Assembly: GCA_965207845.1 (NCBI GenBank) | Contig: CBDBNU010000002.1 | Span: 805,129 to 869,128 of the forward strand | Reading direction: 5' to 3' | DNA from: Dehalococcoidia bacterium | Lineage (GTDB): Bacteria > Chloroflexota > Dehalococcoidia > Lucifugimonadales > GCA-2712585 | Length of the DNA stretch: 64,000 nt | Part shown: positions 10,426 to 20,017 of the stretch, piece after piece | Layout of the letters: the number at the start of each line of letters is the position of its first letter | Numbering within the stretch: position 1 is the first letter of the stretch | Notes under the pieces: generated by a model | Seen by the model: only the letters and a program-made list of their open reading frames with translations | Database searches by the model: none | What the model was told of the DNA's origin: nothing | Translations under genes and position numbers: made by a program

Positions 10426-11976
10426 ATGACTGGAAGGCTAGCTCCTTGGTTAACCGCTCTTTGTGCAATGACGTTGCTCCTAGCCGTCTCTGTCTCAACC
10501 CTTGGGTGCCTCCTGCCCCCTCAGCCCATTACAGAGTTCGAGGAGACGGCATCACCTCCTCCTGACCTGCTTGTCCCAGCAGGCATCGATGAGCAGATCT
10601 TCAGGTCAGACATCATCGTGGTGGCCACCTTCGTGTCTACAGTGGCGGGGGTGCAGACAATCCCTGGAGGAATTGGAGTCAGACCCACGTACAGGCCCAT
10701 GCAGGTGTTCACCTTCCGCGCCGTGGAGTATCTCCAAGGATCCGGGCCGACTACCTTTACGGTCGAGGTGCTGGACACACGATCGAGTATCTACAACGAG
10801 GGAGATAATTACGAGGGATATCTCAGTTCGGATGACGCCATGGCAGAGGCGAGGCAGCTTATAGCCAGTCGGAACACAACCTGGGACGACCGACCGGGCG
10901 TACTCTTTGTGAAGGGTCCCCTGTCATCAGAAGCGTCCTCCACCGATACTTCAGAGGGCGATTCGGAGAATTCAGCTAGCCAGAACTATGGCTTTGCCCT
11001 ATTCAATACGTTGTCAGACCCAACCTTTTCATATTCGGTCGACACTAATGCGAGGGCCTGGCTGCCTGGTTCTACCGTTCCTACCGAGGGACCACGAGGT
11101 GAAAGCGACTCCACAGGTTCAGAATTCATCACTGATGGGACTGCAAATCCACCACCGGTGAAGACCTTGAGTGAACTGAAGACCAGGATTGCGGAGATAG
11201 CCGCCGAACGAGCAGCCGGAGATGGTAGTGAAGCGTATGAGACATGCCTATACCGCAAGTTCACTCGTGAGCGGACTCTTCGTGCCGGGTGGACCCCAGC
11301 TGAATATGACATATCCTTGAATTCTGGGATGCCCGCTGGTACTCATTTACATAAGAGCCAATTGTCTCTGGTTTACGATGAACGCTACAACATCTTCACC
11401 CAAAGCGGCACAGATGCTGATCTGTTCCAGACCATCATATCCGACAACGACTCGTATGGTGGAAACGGTTACTATTACGACGAAGCCACAAGACGACCCC
11501 TGCCCGAGGGTGAGTATACCGCCAACTTCCACCAACAGGTTAGCAATCACGTCATCTGCAACCACAACCCAACGACCTCTAACTTCAGAATCTACGCCGT
11601 CACGGTCGAGGCCCCTCTGTACACGCTGCACGAGGCCTTCTTCGACCCTGTTGCGGTGGGCACAGGGGTGGGGGCAGACGCAACCAACGGAGTGCTCAGT
11701 CCCACGGAGTTCACCGTTGGTGGTATGGCGGCGGAGGTGACGGGTCTTGGATGGGAGAATGAGCAGGTGGTGTTGACCATCAACCCCCATGTCTCGCTGA
11801 GTGGGCAGGTGTTGGAGTTTATTGAGTTGGATGGGAGTGGGTCGTTGTCGCTGGTTGTGGATGATGCGGTGGTGGATGTGGGGGTGGGGGCGTATTCGTG
11901 GCCGTTGGAAAGTCAGCCGTGGGAGGAGGGGGGCCTGCTGATGCTGCGGATTCGGGAGGTGCAGCCGGGAGGGTGA
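10426..11976 (+). CDS. Hypothetical exported protein / lipoprotein
   Basis: 516-aa ORF with a hydrophobic signal ending TLGC. No family recognised. Confidence 0.65.
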   Translation: MTGRLAPWLTALCAMTLLLAVSVSTLGCLLPPQPITEFEETASPPPDLLVPAGIDEQIFRSDIIVVATFVSTVAGVQTIPGGIGVRPTYRPMQVFTFRAVEYLQGSGPTTFTVEVLDTRSSIYNEGDNYEGYLSSDDAMAEARQLIASRNTTWDDRPGVLFVKGPLSSEASSTDTSEGDSENSASQNYGFALFNTLSDPTFSYSVDTNARAWLPGSTVPTEGPRGESDSTGSEFITDGTANPPPVKTLSELKTRIAEIAAERAAGDGSEAYETCLYRKFTRERTLRAGWTPAEYDISLNSGMPAGTHLHKSQLSLVYDERYNIFTQSGTDADLFQTIISDNDSYGGNGYYYDEATRRPLPEGEYTANFHQQVSNHVICNHNPTTSNFRIYAVTVEAPLYTLHEAFFDPVAVGTGVGADATNGVLSPTEFTVGGMAAEVTGLGWENEQVVLTINPHVSLSGQVLEFIELDGSGSLSLVVDDAVVDVGVGAYSWPLESQPWEEGGLLMLRIREVQPGG

Positions 11977-12029
11977 GAGGGGTGGGGATCGTCGGTGAAA
12001 GTCAGGGTTGATGGGGTGCAGAGACGGGG

Positions 12030-13346
12030 TTAGTCGGTGGCTTTTCGGAGGGGGACGAAGAGGGCGGCGAAAGCCACGATGGTCACGATGATGCCGGAGT
12101 AGTAGAAGACGCCGTCCATGCCGAAGGACTGGCGTAGCCAGCCCGCGATGATGGGGGAGACGGAGCCGAAGACGGCGGAGCCTGCGAACATGAGGGCAAC
12201 GCCGGAGGCCTCGGTGCCCTTCTTTGTAGCGTCGATGGCGGCGGCCATCATGATCGGGTTGACGGAGTAGAGGAAGAGGCCGATGAGGGCGAGGATAAGG
12301 GTGAAGCTCCAACCGCTGCCGAAGAAGAGCAGGGAGTAGATGAGGAGCGCCATGGTCAGGAGGCTGAAGAACATGACGGGTCGACGGTTTACGCGGTCGG
12401 AGATCCAGCCGAGCATTGGTGAGGAGGCGACACCAAACAGGGTGAGAAGGGCTACGTGGAAGCCGATCTTGAACTCGGAGAAGCCCAGATCCTCGGCCAT
12501 GTAGATGACGAGGAAGATAGTCAGGCTGTTATGGGCCATGGCGCGAACGCCGGAGATGCCGACCATGCCAAGGACGGTAGGGTTGCTGAGCATGGCGCGG
12601 GCGGACCGGACGTAGTTTCGGAAGCTGGGGCTATCTCTGGACGCGCCCTCGATTCTTCGGAAGCTGACGAGGACGACGATGGCGGCGAGTCCGGCGGGGA
12701 TGACGAGGAAGTAGGAGAGGGTGCGCCATTCGAGTCCGTTCCATTCGAGGCCCCAGAAGGCAAATCCGCCGAGGATGAGGCCCATGACGAGGGGGGCGAG
12801 GCTATCGCCGGAGGAGCCGCCCATGCGGTGGACGGCGAAGGAGGTGGCGCGCTTATTGGGGTATGCGATGGCGAGGGTGCCAAAGGCGGGGGCGTGCCAG
12901 ATGGACGCGCCGGCGCCGGTGATGGCCACGCCGACGAGCAGCAACCAGTAGCTGGGGGATGTGCCGATGATGAGGTAGCCGATGGCGAGGGAGGTGAGGC
13001 TGGCGGTGAGCATGAGGCCGACCTTGCTTCGCCACATATCGGCCATTATGCCGGCGGGGATGTTTATCACTGCGCCGAACACGGTGCGGGTGCTGCCGAT
13101 GACGCCGACTTCGATGTCGCTGAGGCCGAGGTAGGTCTTTACGGCGGGGAGAAGGAGCAGGAAGGCCTGGGAGTAGAAGTGCTTGATGCCGTGGCCCGCG
13201 GCGAGACCCAGCATGAGACCGAGGGAACGTTGGGTGGGTGGAGCCGGGTGGCTTGCTGCGGGTGGGCTGGGATTGCTGCCGTCCGAAGGGGCGTCAGAGG
13301 ACGCACCCTGGGCGGTCGGGTCCTCCCGAGGGGCGGGGCTATCCAA
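12030..13346 (-). CDS. MFS transporter
   Basis: About 12 TM helices, motif-A-like GIMADMWRSK and GWISDRVNRR. Confidence 0.88.
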   Translation of the reverse strand: MDSPAPREDPTAQGASSDAPSDGSNPSPPAASHPAPPTQRSLGLMLGLAAGHGIKHFYSQAFLLLLPAVKTYLGLSDIEVGVIGSTRTVFGAVINIPAGIMADMWRSKVGLMLTASLTSLAIGYLIIGTSPSYWLLLVGVAITGAGASIWHAPAFGTLAIAYPNKRATSFAVHRMGGSSGDSLAPLVMGLILGGFAFWGLEWNGLEWRTLSYFLVIPAGLAAIVVLVSFRRIEGASRDSPSFRNYVRSARAMLSNPTVLGMVGISGVRAMAHNSLTIFLVIYMAEDLGFSEFKIGFHVALLTLFGVASSPMLGWISDRVNRRPVMFFSLLTMALLIYSLLFFGSGWSFTLILALIGLFLYSVNPIMMAAAIDATKKGTEASGVALMFAGSAVFGSVSPIIAGWLRQSFGMDGVFYYSGIIVTIVAFAALFVPLRKATD

Positions 13347-13482
13347 TGAGCGCGGTCAACTTTCTTCGAACAACAGCCAGCGAGATTGCAGTCATCATGC
13401 CACGAGTGAATGTACTTGATATATCCGACAGGTGCAACCTGAGGGAGCCATTCTTTCGTAGTCCAGATTCCATTTGTCAGTG

Positions 13483-14466
13483 CTATCCGAGGTAGAACAC
13501 CAGGAAGAGGCCCGCGGCGTACAGGGTCGTAATCAGGGCCATGCTGGGGGACGAGAAGGAGAAGAGCTTGACGGGTCGCTTGAGAAGGAGCATCCAGATG
13601 CTGAGGGCCATTATGAGGATGGCGAAGAGGCCTGCGATGAGGGCGCCGTTGTCCATGTTGCCGAAGATTGAGCCGTCGGTGTAGAAGAAGTCGGCAATGG
13701 CGAGGACGAGGATGTTGAAGGAGTTGCTGCCGAAGAGGTTGGAAACGGCGAGGTCCGGGGCGTTCTGCCGGAGGGCGGCAATGGAGGTGGAGACTTCCGG
13801 GAGGGAGGTGACGAAGGCGAGGGCGAGGACGCCGATGAAGCTGCCGCCGATGCCGGTGATCTCGGCGATTTCGTCGGCGCTATTGGTCATGAAATAGGTG
13901 GCGACGAATATGACGGCGGAGGAGAGGGCGAAGATGGTCCACCCCCAGCGGAGGGTGCGGTCCGTTGAGGCGGCGTCTTCTTCTTCGGCGTCGGAGCTCT
14001 CTGAGAAGAGGCGCCAGGAGCCGACGATGTAGATGGCGAAAATGATCAGCGCGGCGGGACTGACAATCCACCACTTGACGTCGAGCTTGAGGGCGGCCAT
14101 GGCGAGGGCGGCGATGGTGAGGAAGGTGGCAAAGAAGGCGACGCGCTGCTGCTGGGGGAGGATTTTCTGGAGGACGAGGCCGCCGCCGAGAAGACCGAGG
14201 GCGAGGGTGAGGATGGTCATGTTGAGCATGTTGGAGCCGAAGACGTTGCCTCCGGCCATGCCGGCGTTGCCGATAAGGGCGGCGGTGCTGGTGGCGACAA
14301 GCTCGGGGAGGGAGGTGGCACCGGCGAGGAGAAGGGCGCCGACCCAGACATGCCCCCAGCCGGTCCTAATGGCAATGACGTCGCCTGAGGTAACGAGGAA
14401 TCGGGCGGCGGAGACCACCAGGACGGAGGTGCCGAGGAAGACGATGAGGGCCAGGGTTAGATCCAA
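13483..14466 (-). CDS. Sodium:calcium antiporter (YrbG/CaCA family)
   Basis: Duplicated alpha repeats ATSLPE...GNVFGSN and VTSLPE...NLFGSN. Confidence 0.9.
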   Translation of the reverse strand: MDLTLALIVFLGTSVLVVSAARFLVTSGDVIAIRTGWGHVWVGALLLAGATSLPELVATSTAALIGNAGMAGGNVFGSNMLNMTILTLALGLLGGGLVLQKILPQQQRVAFFATFLTIAALAMAALKLDVKWWIVSPAALIIFAIYIVGSWRLFSESSDAEEEDAASTDRTLRWGWTIFALSSAVIFVATYFMTNSADEIAEITGIGGSFIGVLALAFVTSLPEVSTSIAALRQNAPDLAVSNLFGSNSFNILVLAIADFFYTDGSIFGNMDNGALIAGLFAILIMALSIWMLLLKRPVKLFSFSSPSMALITTLYAAGLFLVFYLG

Positions 14467-14929
14467 GGGCCGCCTTTCAGATTTCGGACGTTGGTGAGGT
14501 AGATTAACGGATGGAGGGGGAAGAGGACTGGGGGCAGCGGGGCATCCCGTGCCGACTTTTCTGAGATTTCTGCTTGGGCAAAAGCAGTCGTCTTGATGAT
14601 ATAGAGTATTAGGAATGAGTGGGGAAACGAGTGACTCGTTTCAAATTGGCCAGCTTTGAGTATGACTCGTTTATTCAAAGGAGTATTGGCGCTTGGAGGC
14701 GTATTCACGCGTGAAGCAGACAATTTTGGCTGGTTTTCTCGTTTCCTGCAATTTTCGGGCATTTCGGTGAGTTGTAGTGAGAGTAAGTCCCGTATATGAC
14801 GAAGCTGATTTGTGTGAGCGGAGGTGATGGGGAGGGGTATTTCGTTCATGAAGAGAGGATAGCAAGGGTGAGAGTATGTTGGCAATGGGAAGGTGGCACT
14901 TTGGCAAGGGTGTCATCCCAACCACGCCC

Positions 14930-15300
14930 CGCCGTGGTCCCCTGCTTTCGCAGGGGCGACGAATTGGGGAGGCTGGGGCGACGAAGTCCTCTTGCATCGC
15001 GATGTTGTGGTGAGAGGGGGGCGTTTACGAAAGGGGGGGTGTAGTTGGGGGAGTCACCCCCATCCCTTCGACAAGCTCAGGACAGGCCAAACCCTCCCCC
15101 ATCGAGGAGAGCTTGGCATAACCCTCTGTTCAGCCCCACCGCCACCAAGATCACCCTCACCCCTTCGAAAGACTCAGGACAGGCTCAATCCTCTACCACG
15201 ACGGGAGAGGAGGAAAGACCGGGATGACGGTTTTGCAAAGGTCTCCATTGAGGGGGAAGGCATAAGAGGGAGGGAGAGGGAGGTTTGCGTACCGCCCCTA
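14930..15300 (+). repeat. Mosaic cluster of palindromic REP-like repeats
   Basis: CCCTTCGACAAGCTCAGGACAGGC-like units (15064, 15161), a CCCTGCTTTCGCAGGGG hairpin and an embedded MITE. Confidence 0.75.
15107..15245. mobile_element. MITE (family M1)
   Basis: Ends GAGAGCTTGGCATAACC and GGTTTTGCAAAGGTCTC. Flanks CATCGAG (15100-15106) and CATTGAG (15246-15252). Confidence 0.7.
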
Positions 15301-15382
15301 TGGTAGGCGGGGAATGGTGAAGGGGAGGAGGGGTGGTGTGATAGAATGGGCGAGAATTTCACAGAAAGGGAGTGAAGCTTTC

Positions 15383-17278
15383 GTGACGCATTTCAATAGA
15401 GGAGCCACTTTCACTGAAGAAGTACAGTTGCCTGATGACCCGCTCATTGACCTTCTGGCGCAGACTAACGCCAAGGTAGAGCATTTTGACCTTTCGTCGG
15501 ATGGGCAGAAGATTGCGTATTCGTCTGCCGAATCCGGGGGATATGACCTGTGGGTGTGTGACATCGACGGCGGGAACAATCGTCGAGTAGTGGCGATGTA
15601 TCCAGAGGAGTGTCTCAACCCTTCCTGGTCACCCGACGGGGAGTGGATTGCGTATACGTCCCGGTACGACGCATTCAAGGTCAGGGCGGACGGCTCGGAG
15701 CCGCCGATCAACCTCAGCTACGGACATGGCCCTTCCCGCGGGCACGAATTCATCCGATGGACGCCGGACGGAAAGCGGATTGTTTACGTGACGGGAGGTT
15801 CCAACGGATACAACCAGGTAGTGTCGCTGTCTACGGACATTCCGACGGGGAAGGTGCAGCCCCACTTCATCACCAACGAGGAGGCCAACAGCACCGACGT
15901 ATTCGTGTCGCCGGACGGGAAGTATGTGACGTTTATGTCCGACAGGTCCGTGTACGAGGACTTCAAGCGGATGGACGTGTGGATTGCGCCGATTGAGGGT
16001 GGATTAGCCCGGTGCATGACTCCGTATACGTTGAACAACTATGAGTACCGGCCGAGGTGGTCTCCCGATGGTAAGAAGCTGGTGTTCACCTCGGACCGCT
16101 CGGGCTGGCGTCGGGTGGGGACAATTGACGTGGAGAGCGGGGAGATCAACTTCCTGACGGATGAAGAGTGCGACCAGTACAATCCGCGGTATTCGCCGGA
16201 CGGCAAGTGGGTAGCCTACGTGGCCAACAAGGAGTGGAGCTTCCACATTATGAAGGTAGCGTCGGACGGCTCCGGCGATCCGATTCAGCTTACCCAAGGC
16301 GAGGCGATTCACGGCGGGATTGACGCGTACCAGGTGAGGGGTTCGATTCGGTGGACGCCCGACAGCAAGAGCATTCTCTACACGCACATGGACCACGCTA
16401 CGACTTCGGACCTGTGGTTGATTTCAGCGGACGGCGGGGAGCCTGAACAGGTTACTCATCACATGCCGAAGGCTCTGGAGGATTTTCCGTTTGTGAAGCC
16501 GACGCTCATCCATTACAAGTCCAAGGATGGGCTTGAGGTGCCGGCGTGGTTGTACAGGCCTGAGGGCGCGGAGGGGCGGACGCCGCTGGTGATTTATGCG
16601 CGGGCGAATACCAAGGGTCTGCACGTGCGGGCCTTCTATCCGTACATCCAGTACTGGGTACACAAGGGGTATTCGGTGATTGCGCCGCTGGTGCGGGGTT
16701 CGGCGGGACTGGGCAAGCAGTACGAGTTCCTGAACTTCGGGGACTGGGGCGGGGGAGACATCGACGACTTCGCATATGGCGCGTACTACCTGATTGAGGA
16801 GGGTCTGGCCGACGCGGACAAGGTGGTGATGCACGGCGGGTCGACGGGCGGATACTTCACCCTGTGCATGATATATCGTTACCCGGACCTGCTGAATGCG
16901 GCGGTGTGCTTCTATGGGCCGCCGGACCTGATTCACTCGGACAGGTACTCCACGGGCGGCGGAAAGCCGGTGCTTGGGGACGTGGTGGCGGGCGACCGGG
17001 GCGGGCCGGACATGGCGCCGGACCACTGGCGAGAGCGTTCCGCCATTTACAACCTGGACAAGGTGAAGACGCCGCTATTGATTCTGTGGGGAGACCGGGA
17101 CGGAGTTCGGATCAGCATGGCGGACGATTACTTCCGCGCTTCCAAGGAGCTAGGGTTGTACGCGGAGTATATCCAGTATAACTGCGAGCCCCACGGCTGG
17201 TACCACTGGCGTCCGGAGAACGTGCGGGACTCGATGCGTCGAATGGCGGCGCATTTCAAGAAGTTCACCGGGGTGTAG
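15383..17278 (+). CDS. S9 family peptidase with TolB-like beta-propeller
   Basis: PD40 repeats (WSPDG), nucleophile GGSTGG, triad Asp (GDRDG) and His (EPHG). GTG start chosen. Confidence 0.88.
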   Translation: MTHFNRGATFTEEVQLPDDPLIDLLAQTNAKVEHFDLSSDGQKIAYSSAESGGYDLWVCDIDGGNNRRVVAMYPEECLNPSWSPDGEWIAYTSRYDAFKVRADGSEPPINLSYGHGPSRGHEFIRWTPDGKRIVYVTGGSNGYNQVVSLSTDIPTGKVQPHFITNEEANSTDVFVSPDGKYVTFMSDRSVYEDFKRMDVWIAPIEGGLARCMTPYTLNNYEYRPRWSPDGKKLVFTSDRSGWRRVGTIDVESGEINFLTDEECDQYNPRYSPDGKWVAYVANKEWSFHIMKVASDGSGDPIQLTQGEAIHGGIDAYQVRGSIRWTPDSKSILYTHMDHATTSDLWLISADGGEPEQVTHHMPKALEDFPFVKPTLIHYKSKDGLEVPAWLYRPEGAEGRTPLVIYARANTKGLHVRAFYPYIQYWVHKGYSVIAPLVRGSAGLGKQYEFLNFGDWGGGDIDDFAYGAYYLIEEGLADADKVVMHGGSTGGYFTLCMIYRYPDLLNAAVCFYGPPDLIHSDRYSTGGGKPVLGDVVAGDRGGPDMAPDHWRERSAIYNLDKVKTPLLILWGDRDGVRISMADDYFRASKELGLYAEYIQYNCEPHGWYHWRPENVRDSMRRMAAHFKKFTGV

Positions 17279-17569
17279 GTCTGACGAATCGTTAGGGCAA
17301 GATTGTTCTTGTGGGGGATGATTTCGGTGACGGAATTCACCCCCATCCCTTCGGGAGACTCAGGGCAGGCTCCAACCTTCCCCCGTCGAGGGGGAAGGGG
17401 TTTTTTAGGAAGAATAGGGGCGGGTATGGAACCCGCCCCTATTGTGTTGAGGGATATTGCGTGTGTGGGCCTGCGTGAGGGTGATGGGTGTCGGGGTGGG
17501 CGAGGACCGGGGGCGAGATTCTTCGTCGTGGAGCCTCCTCAGAGTATCTGTGTTGAGAATCAAGGGTAT

Positions 17570-18511
17570 TCAGGTAGAAGAGGAGGGATTGGGGACCCAG
17601 GGAGTGCCGCGTTGGGCAACGGCGCTGAGGAGCAACAGGAGCTTACGCATGACGGCGGTGAGGGCGAGTTTGCCGGACTTGCCGCGACGACGGAGTCCTT
17701 GATAGAAGTTTTTGAGGTCGTAGTTATGTCGAACGGCGGAGAGGGCAGCCATGTAGAGGGCGCTGCGCACCTTGGCGCGTCCACCGCGGATGGAGCGATA
17801 GCCCCTTCGGGCGCCGCTGTCCTTGGACCAGGGGGCGAGGCCTACGAGGGAGGAGAGCTGTCTGCCGTTGTAGAGGCCCAACTCTGGGAGGTAGACGGCC
17901 AGTATGGCGCTGGTCTGCTGGCCCACGCCTGGGACACTCTGGTAGAGATCGGTCTTGCGGGTCAAGAGTTGGCACTGGTGCAATCTCTTGTGGCACTCCT
18001 TGTCGAGGCGCTGGATCTCGTTATCGAGCCATTTGATGTGGCGCTGCATAGAGGAGCGAGCGTCTTTGGCAACGCCTTTGTCGAGCCGGTTCTTCTCCCG
18101 GGTTCGCTCCTGTACCAGCTGTCGACGACGGCTTAGCAGGTCTCTGAGTTCCTCCTCCTCGGTGTTCGGAGAGATGGTGTTGGACAACTCAAAGGTCTCT
18201 CCGTAGCGGGAGAGCATTTGGGCGTCTAGGCGGTCGGTCTTGGCCTGGTTACCCACTATACGGGCGAAGTTGCGTACCCGGTTGGGGTGGATTGGGTGCT
18301 CATTGATCTCCGAGTCCCTGACGGCTTTGACGAGGGGTCTCTCATAGCCGCCGGTGGTTTCGTATACCAGGTGGGTGACGCTGCAGCTTCGCAACCAGCC
18401 CAGCAGCCGGGCTATCTCCTTTTGGTTGTTGTCAAAGCGCTGGGGTGAACCTCCTGACACTGACACGTCCAGGCTTCTCTTACCCACGTCCACTCCCGCT
18501 ACTACTTTCAC
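17570..18511 (-). CDS. IS110 DEDD recombinase/transposase
   Basis: GVDVGK, YETTG and KTDRLDA (DEDD), then SVPGVG and LAPWSKDSG (catalytic Ser). GTG start follows GAGGAGG. Confidence 0.95.
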   Translation of the reverse strand: MKVVAGVDVGKRSLDVSVSGGSPQRFDNNQKEIARLLGWLRSCSVTHLVYETTGGYERPLVKAVRDSEINEHPIHPNRVRNFARIVGNQAKTDRLDAQMLSRYGETFELSNTISPNTEEEELRDLLSRRRQLVQERTREKNRLDKGVAKDARSSMQRHIKWLDNEIQRLDKECHKRLHQCQLLTRKTDLYQSVPGVGQQTSAILAVYLPELGLYNGRQLSSLVGLAPWSKDSGARRGYRSIRGGRAKVRSALYMAALSAVRHNYDLKNFYQGLRRRGKSGKLALTAVMRKLLLLLSAVAQRGTPWVPNPSSST

Positions 18512-18539
18512 TTTGTGCACCTCCTCATCTATAATGCTT

Positions 18540-18718
18540 CTTGTCCTCCACACTTGCGATACGGGCCATTATGCCCAGGCATCCGTTCGGAGCGACATAG
18601 CGGCGTGAGGGGTGTCCAACTCTGAACGGCGCAGGGACCTTACTTGCAGTTCCCTCGCCCAATGACAGTCGACGCGCCCCTCTCGCCCGCCCTCCAGATT
18701 GGCCTATCTGGGGGGCTT
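18540..18718 (-). ncRNA. Predicted IS110 bridge RNA (copy 1)
   Basis: 5' hairpin, target-binding loop (UGUCAUU / UCAGA) and donor-binding loop (ACGGAUGC / GCAAGU). Ends approximate. Confidence 0.8.
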
Positions 18719-18799
18719 TTGCAATCATACAAATGACATGTGGGTGGAGAGGGAGGGGGAATTGGGGGTTAGGCGGTAGCATCCGTAGCTAAATCAGGG

Positions 18800-19260
18800 G
18801 ATTCTGGATTCCGGCTTTCGCCGGAATGAGGGTTATGCAGGAGTCTTCGTCGAGGGGTGAGGGAAGAAGAGTGGGCCCCCGCGTTCGCGGGGGAACGGGA
18901 GGGTTGGGCGGTGACGACGAGATGTGTCGTGGGTAGAGGGGGAGGGCGGTTCGCGAACCGCCCCTACGGGAGGTTGGTTGTGGGCAGGGGGTTGATTCCT
19001 GCCTTTTCAGGAACGAGATAGTGGGGGGATATCCTCATCCCTTCGGAAGACTCAGGGCAGGCTCTAACTTCCTCCCAGGATGGAGGGCTTTGCGTAACTG
19101 CTGAATGCCCCATCCACACCACCCGAATCACCCCCATCTCAATCTTCCCCCATCGAGGGGGAAGAGGCTAAGAGACGCCGACGGGGGGTTGGGCGAGGAC
19201 CGGGGGCGAGATTCTTCGTCGCGAGGCCTCCTCAGAATGACATGTGGATGGAGGGGGAGG
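18800..19260 (+). repeat. Mosaic cluster of palindromic repeats including an empty IS110 target (19208-19242)
   Basis: CTGGATTCCGGCTTTCGCCGGAATGA, GGGCCCCCGCGTTCGCGGGGGAAC, GGGCGGTTCGCGAACCGCCCCTAC, a truncated M1 MITE and GAGATTCTTCGTCGCGAGGCCTCCTCAGAATGACA. Confidence 0.85.
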
Positions 19261-19277
19261 GTGGGGAGGGAGTGGGG

Positions 19278-19565
19278 TTAGGGGGCTATTTGGAAGCGTT
19301 CGGATTCCGGGGGGCGGGACCATAGGTCGGGTGCGCCGGCCATGGCGGCGGCTCGTTCGGGGCTGGCGCGCCACTGGTCGTAAATTTCGTTGCTGTCCCA
19401 GGTGACGAGGGAAGTGATTTTCGTGGGGTCTGCGAGGGAGTAGAGGGTGGTTCTAGTTCCGAAGCCCGGGGCTTGGCTTTGGGCGCGTCCGTTGCCGTCC
19501 AAGAGGGTCTTGGCTTCGTCGATTTTGTCGTCCTTAGCCCAGTGGTGGGTCAAAATTCCGATCAT
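19278..19565 (-). CDS. Antibiotic biosynthesis monooxygenase (ABM) family protein
   Basis: 95 aa, QAPGF...LVTWDS...W pattern, AGGAG RBS. Confidence 0.75.
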   Translation of the reverse strand: MIGILTHHWAKDDKIDEAKTLLDGNGRAQSQAPGFGTRTTLYSLADPTKITSLVTWDSNEIYDQWRASPERAAAMAGAPDLWSRPPESERFQIAP

Positions 19566-19600
19566 GTTGACTCCTTTTTGTGGTTGGTTGGGGGTTGGGG

Positions 19601-20017
19601 TTATTTGGCCAGAAGGAATATGGCTCCGGCGGCGAGGATGACGCCGATTATTCTTTCGACGCTGATGGGTTCCTTGAGGATGAGAAAGCCCAAGACCGCA
19701 ACGATGGCGATGTTCATGCCAAACAGGGGGTAGACGGTGGAAACGGGGCCACGGCTGAGGGCCACGTACTGGCTGACGATGGCTACGGTCAGGGCGATTC
19801 CTGAGATCACGAGGAGGAGGGTTGGCTGATTCATGCCAAGGTGGTCGGTGACTTTGACGCCGCGGTAGAGGGCCCAGATGAGAGCGCCAACGACGAGGAA
19901 GGTGTTGGTGACGACGACGGCGGCCTCCGGGGGGATGCTGCGGAGGGAGAATTTGAGGAGGATGACCATGACGGCGTAGGACGACATGGCTATCAGAGTC
20001 CAGACAATATAGTGCAC
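19601..20017 (-). CDS. EamA/DMT family transporter
   Basis: ALSRGPVSTVYPL and ILKEPIS...IGVIL. Confidence 0.85.
   Translation of the reverse strand: MHYIVWTLIAMSSYAVMVILLKFSLRSIPPEAAVVVTNTFLVVGALIWALYRGVKVTDHLGMNQPTLLLVISGIALTVAIVSQYVALSRGPVSTVYPLFGMNIAIVAVLGFLILKEPISVERIIGVILAAGAIFLLAK

Larger units (their letters stand above)
17544..18732 (-). mobile_element. IS110-family element, copy 1 (1189 bp)
   Basis: Boundaries set against empty sites CCTCAGA|ATGACA. No TIR and no TSD. Same length and ends as copies 2 and 3. Confidence 0.95.

Noticed and set aside
17303-18136. Plus-strand 277-aa ORF, and its equivalents at 20035 and 60677
   Set aside because: Antisense shadow of the IS110 transposase. 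The N-termini differ by flank and run through repeats.
17544-18732. Terminal inverted repeats or target duplication for the IS
   Set aside because: Only a 4-bp GTAT/ATAC match, and empty sites show no duplication. This fits the IS110 group.
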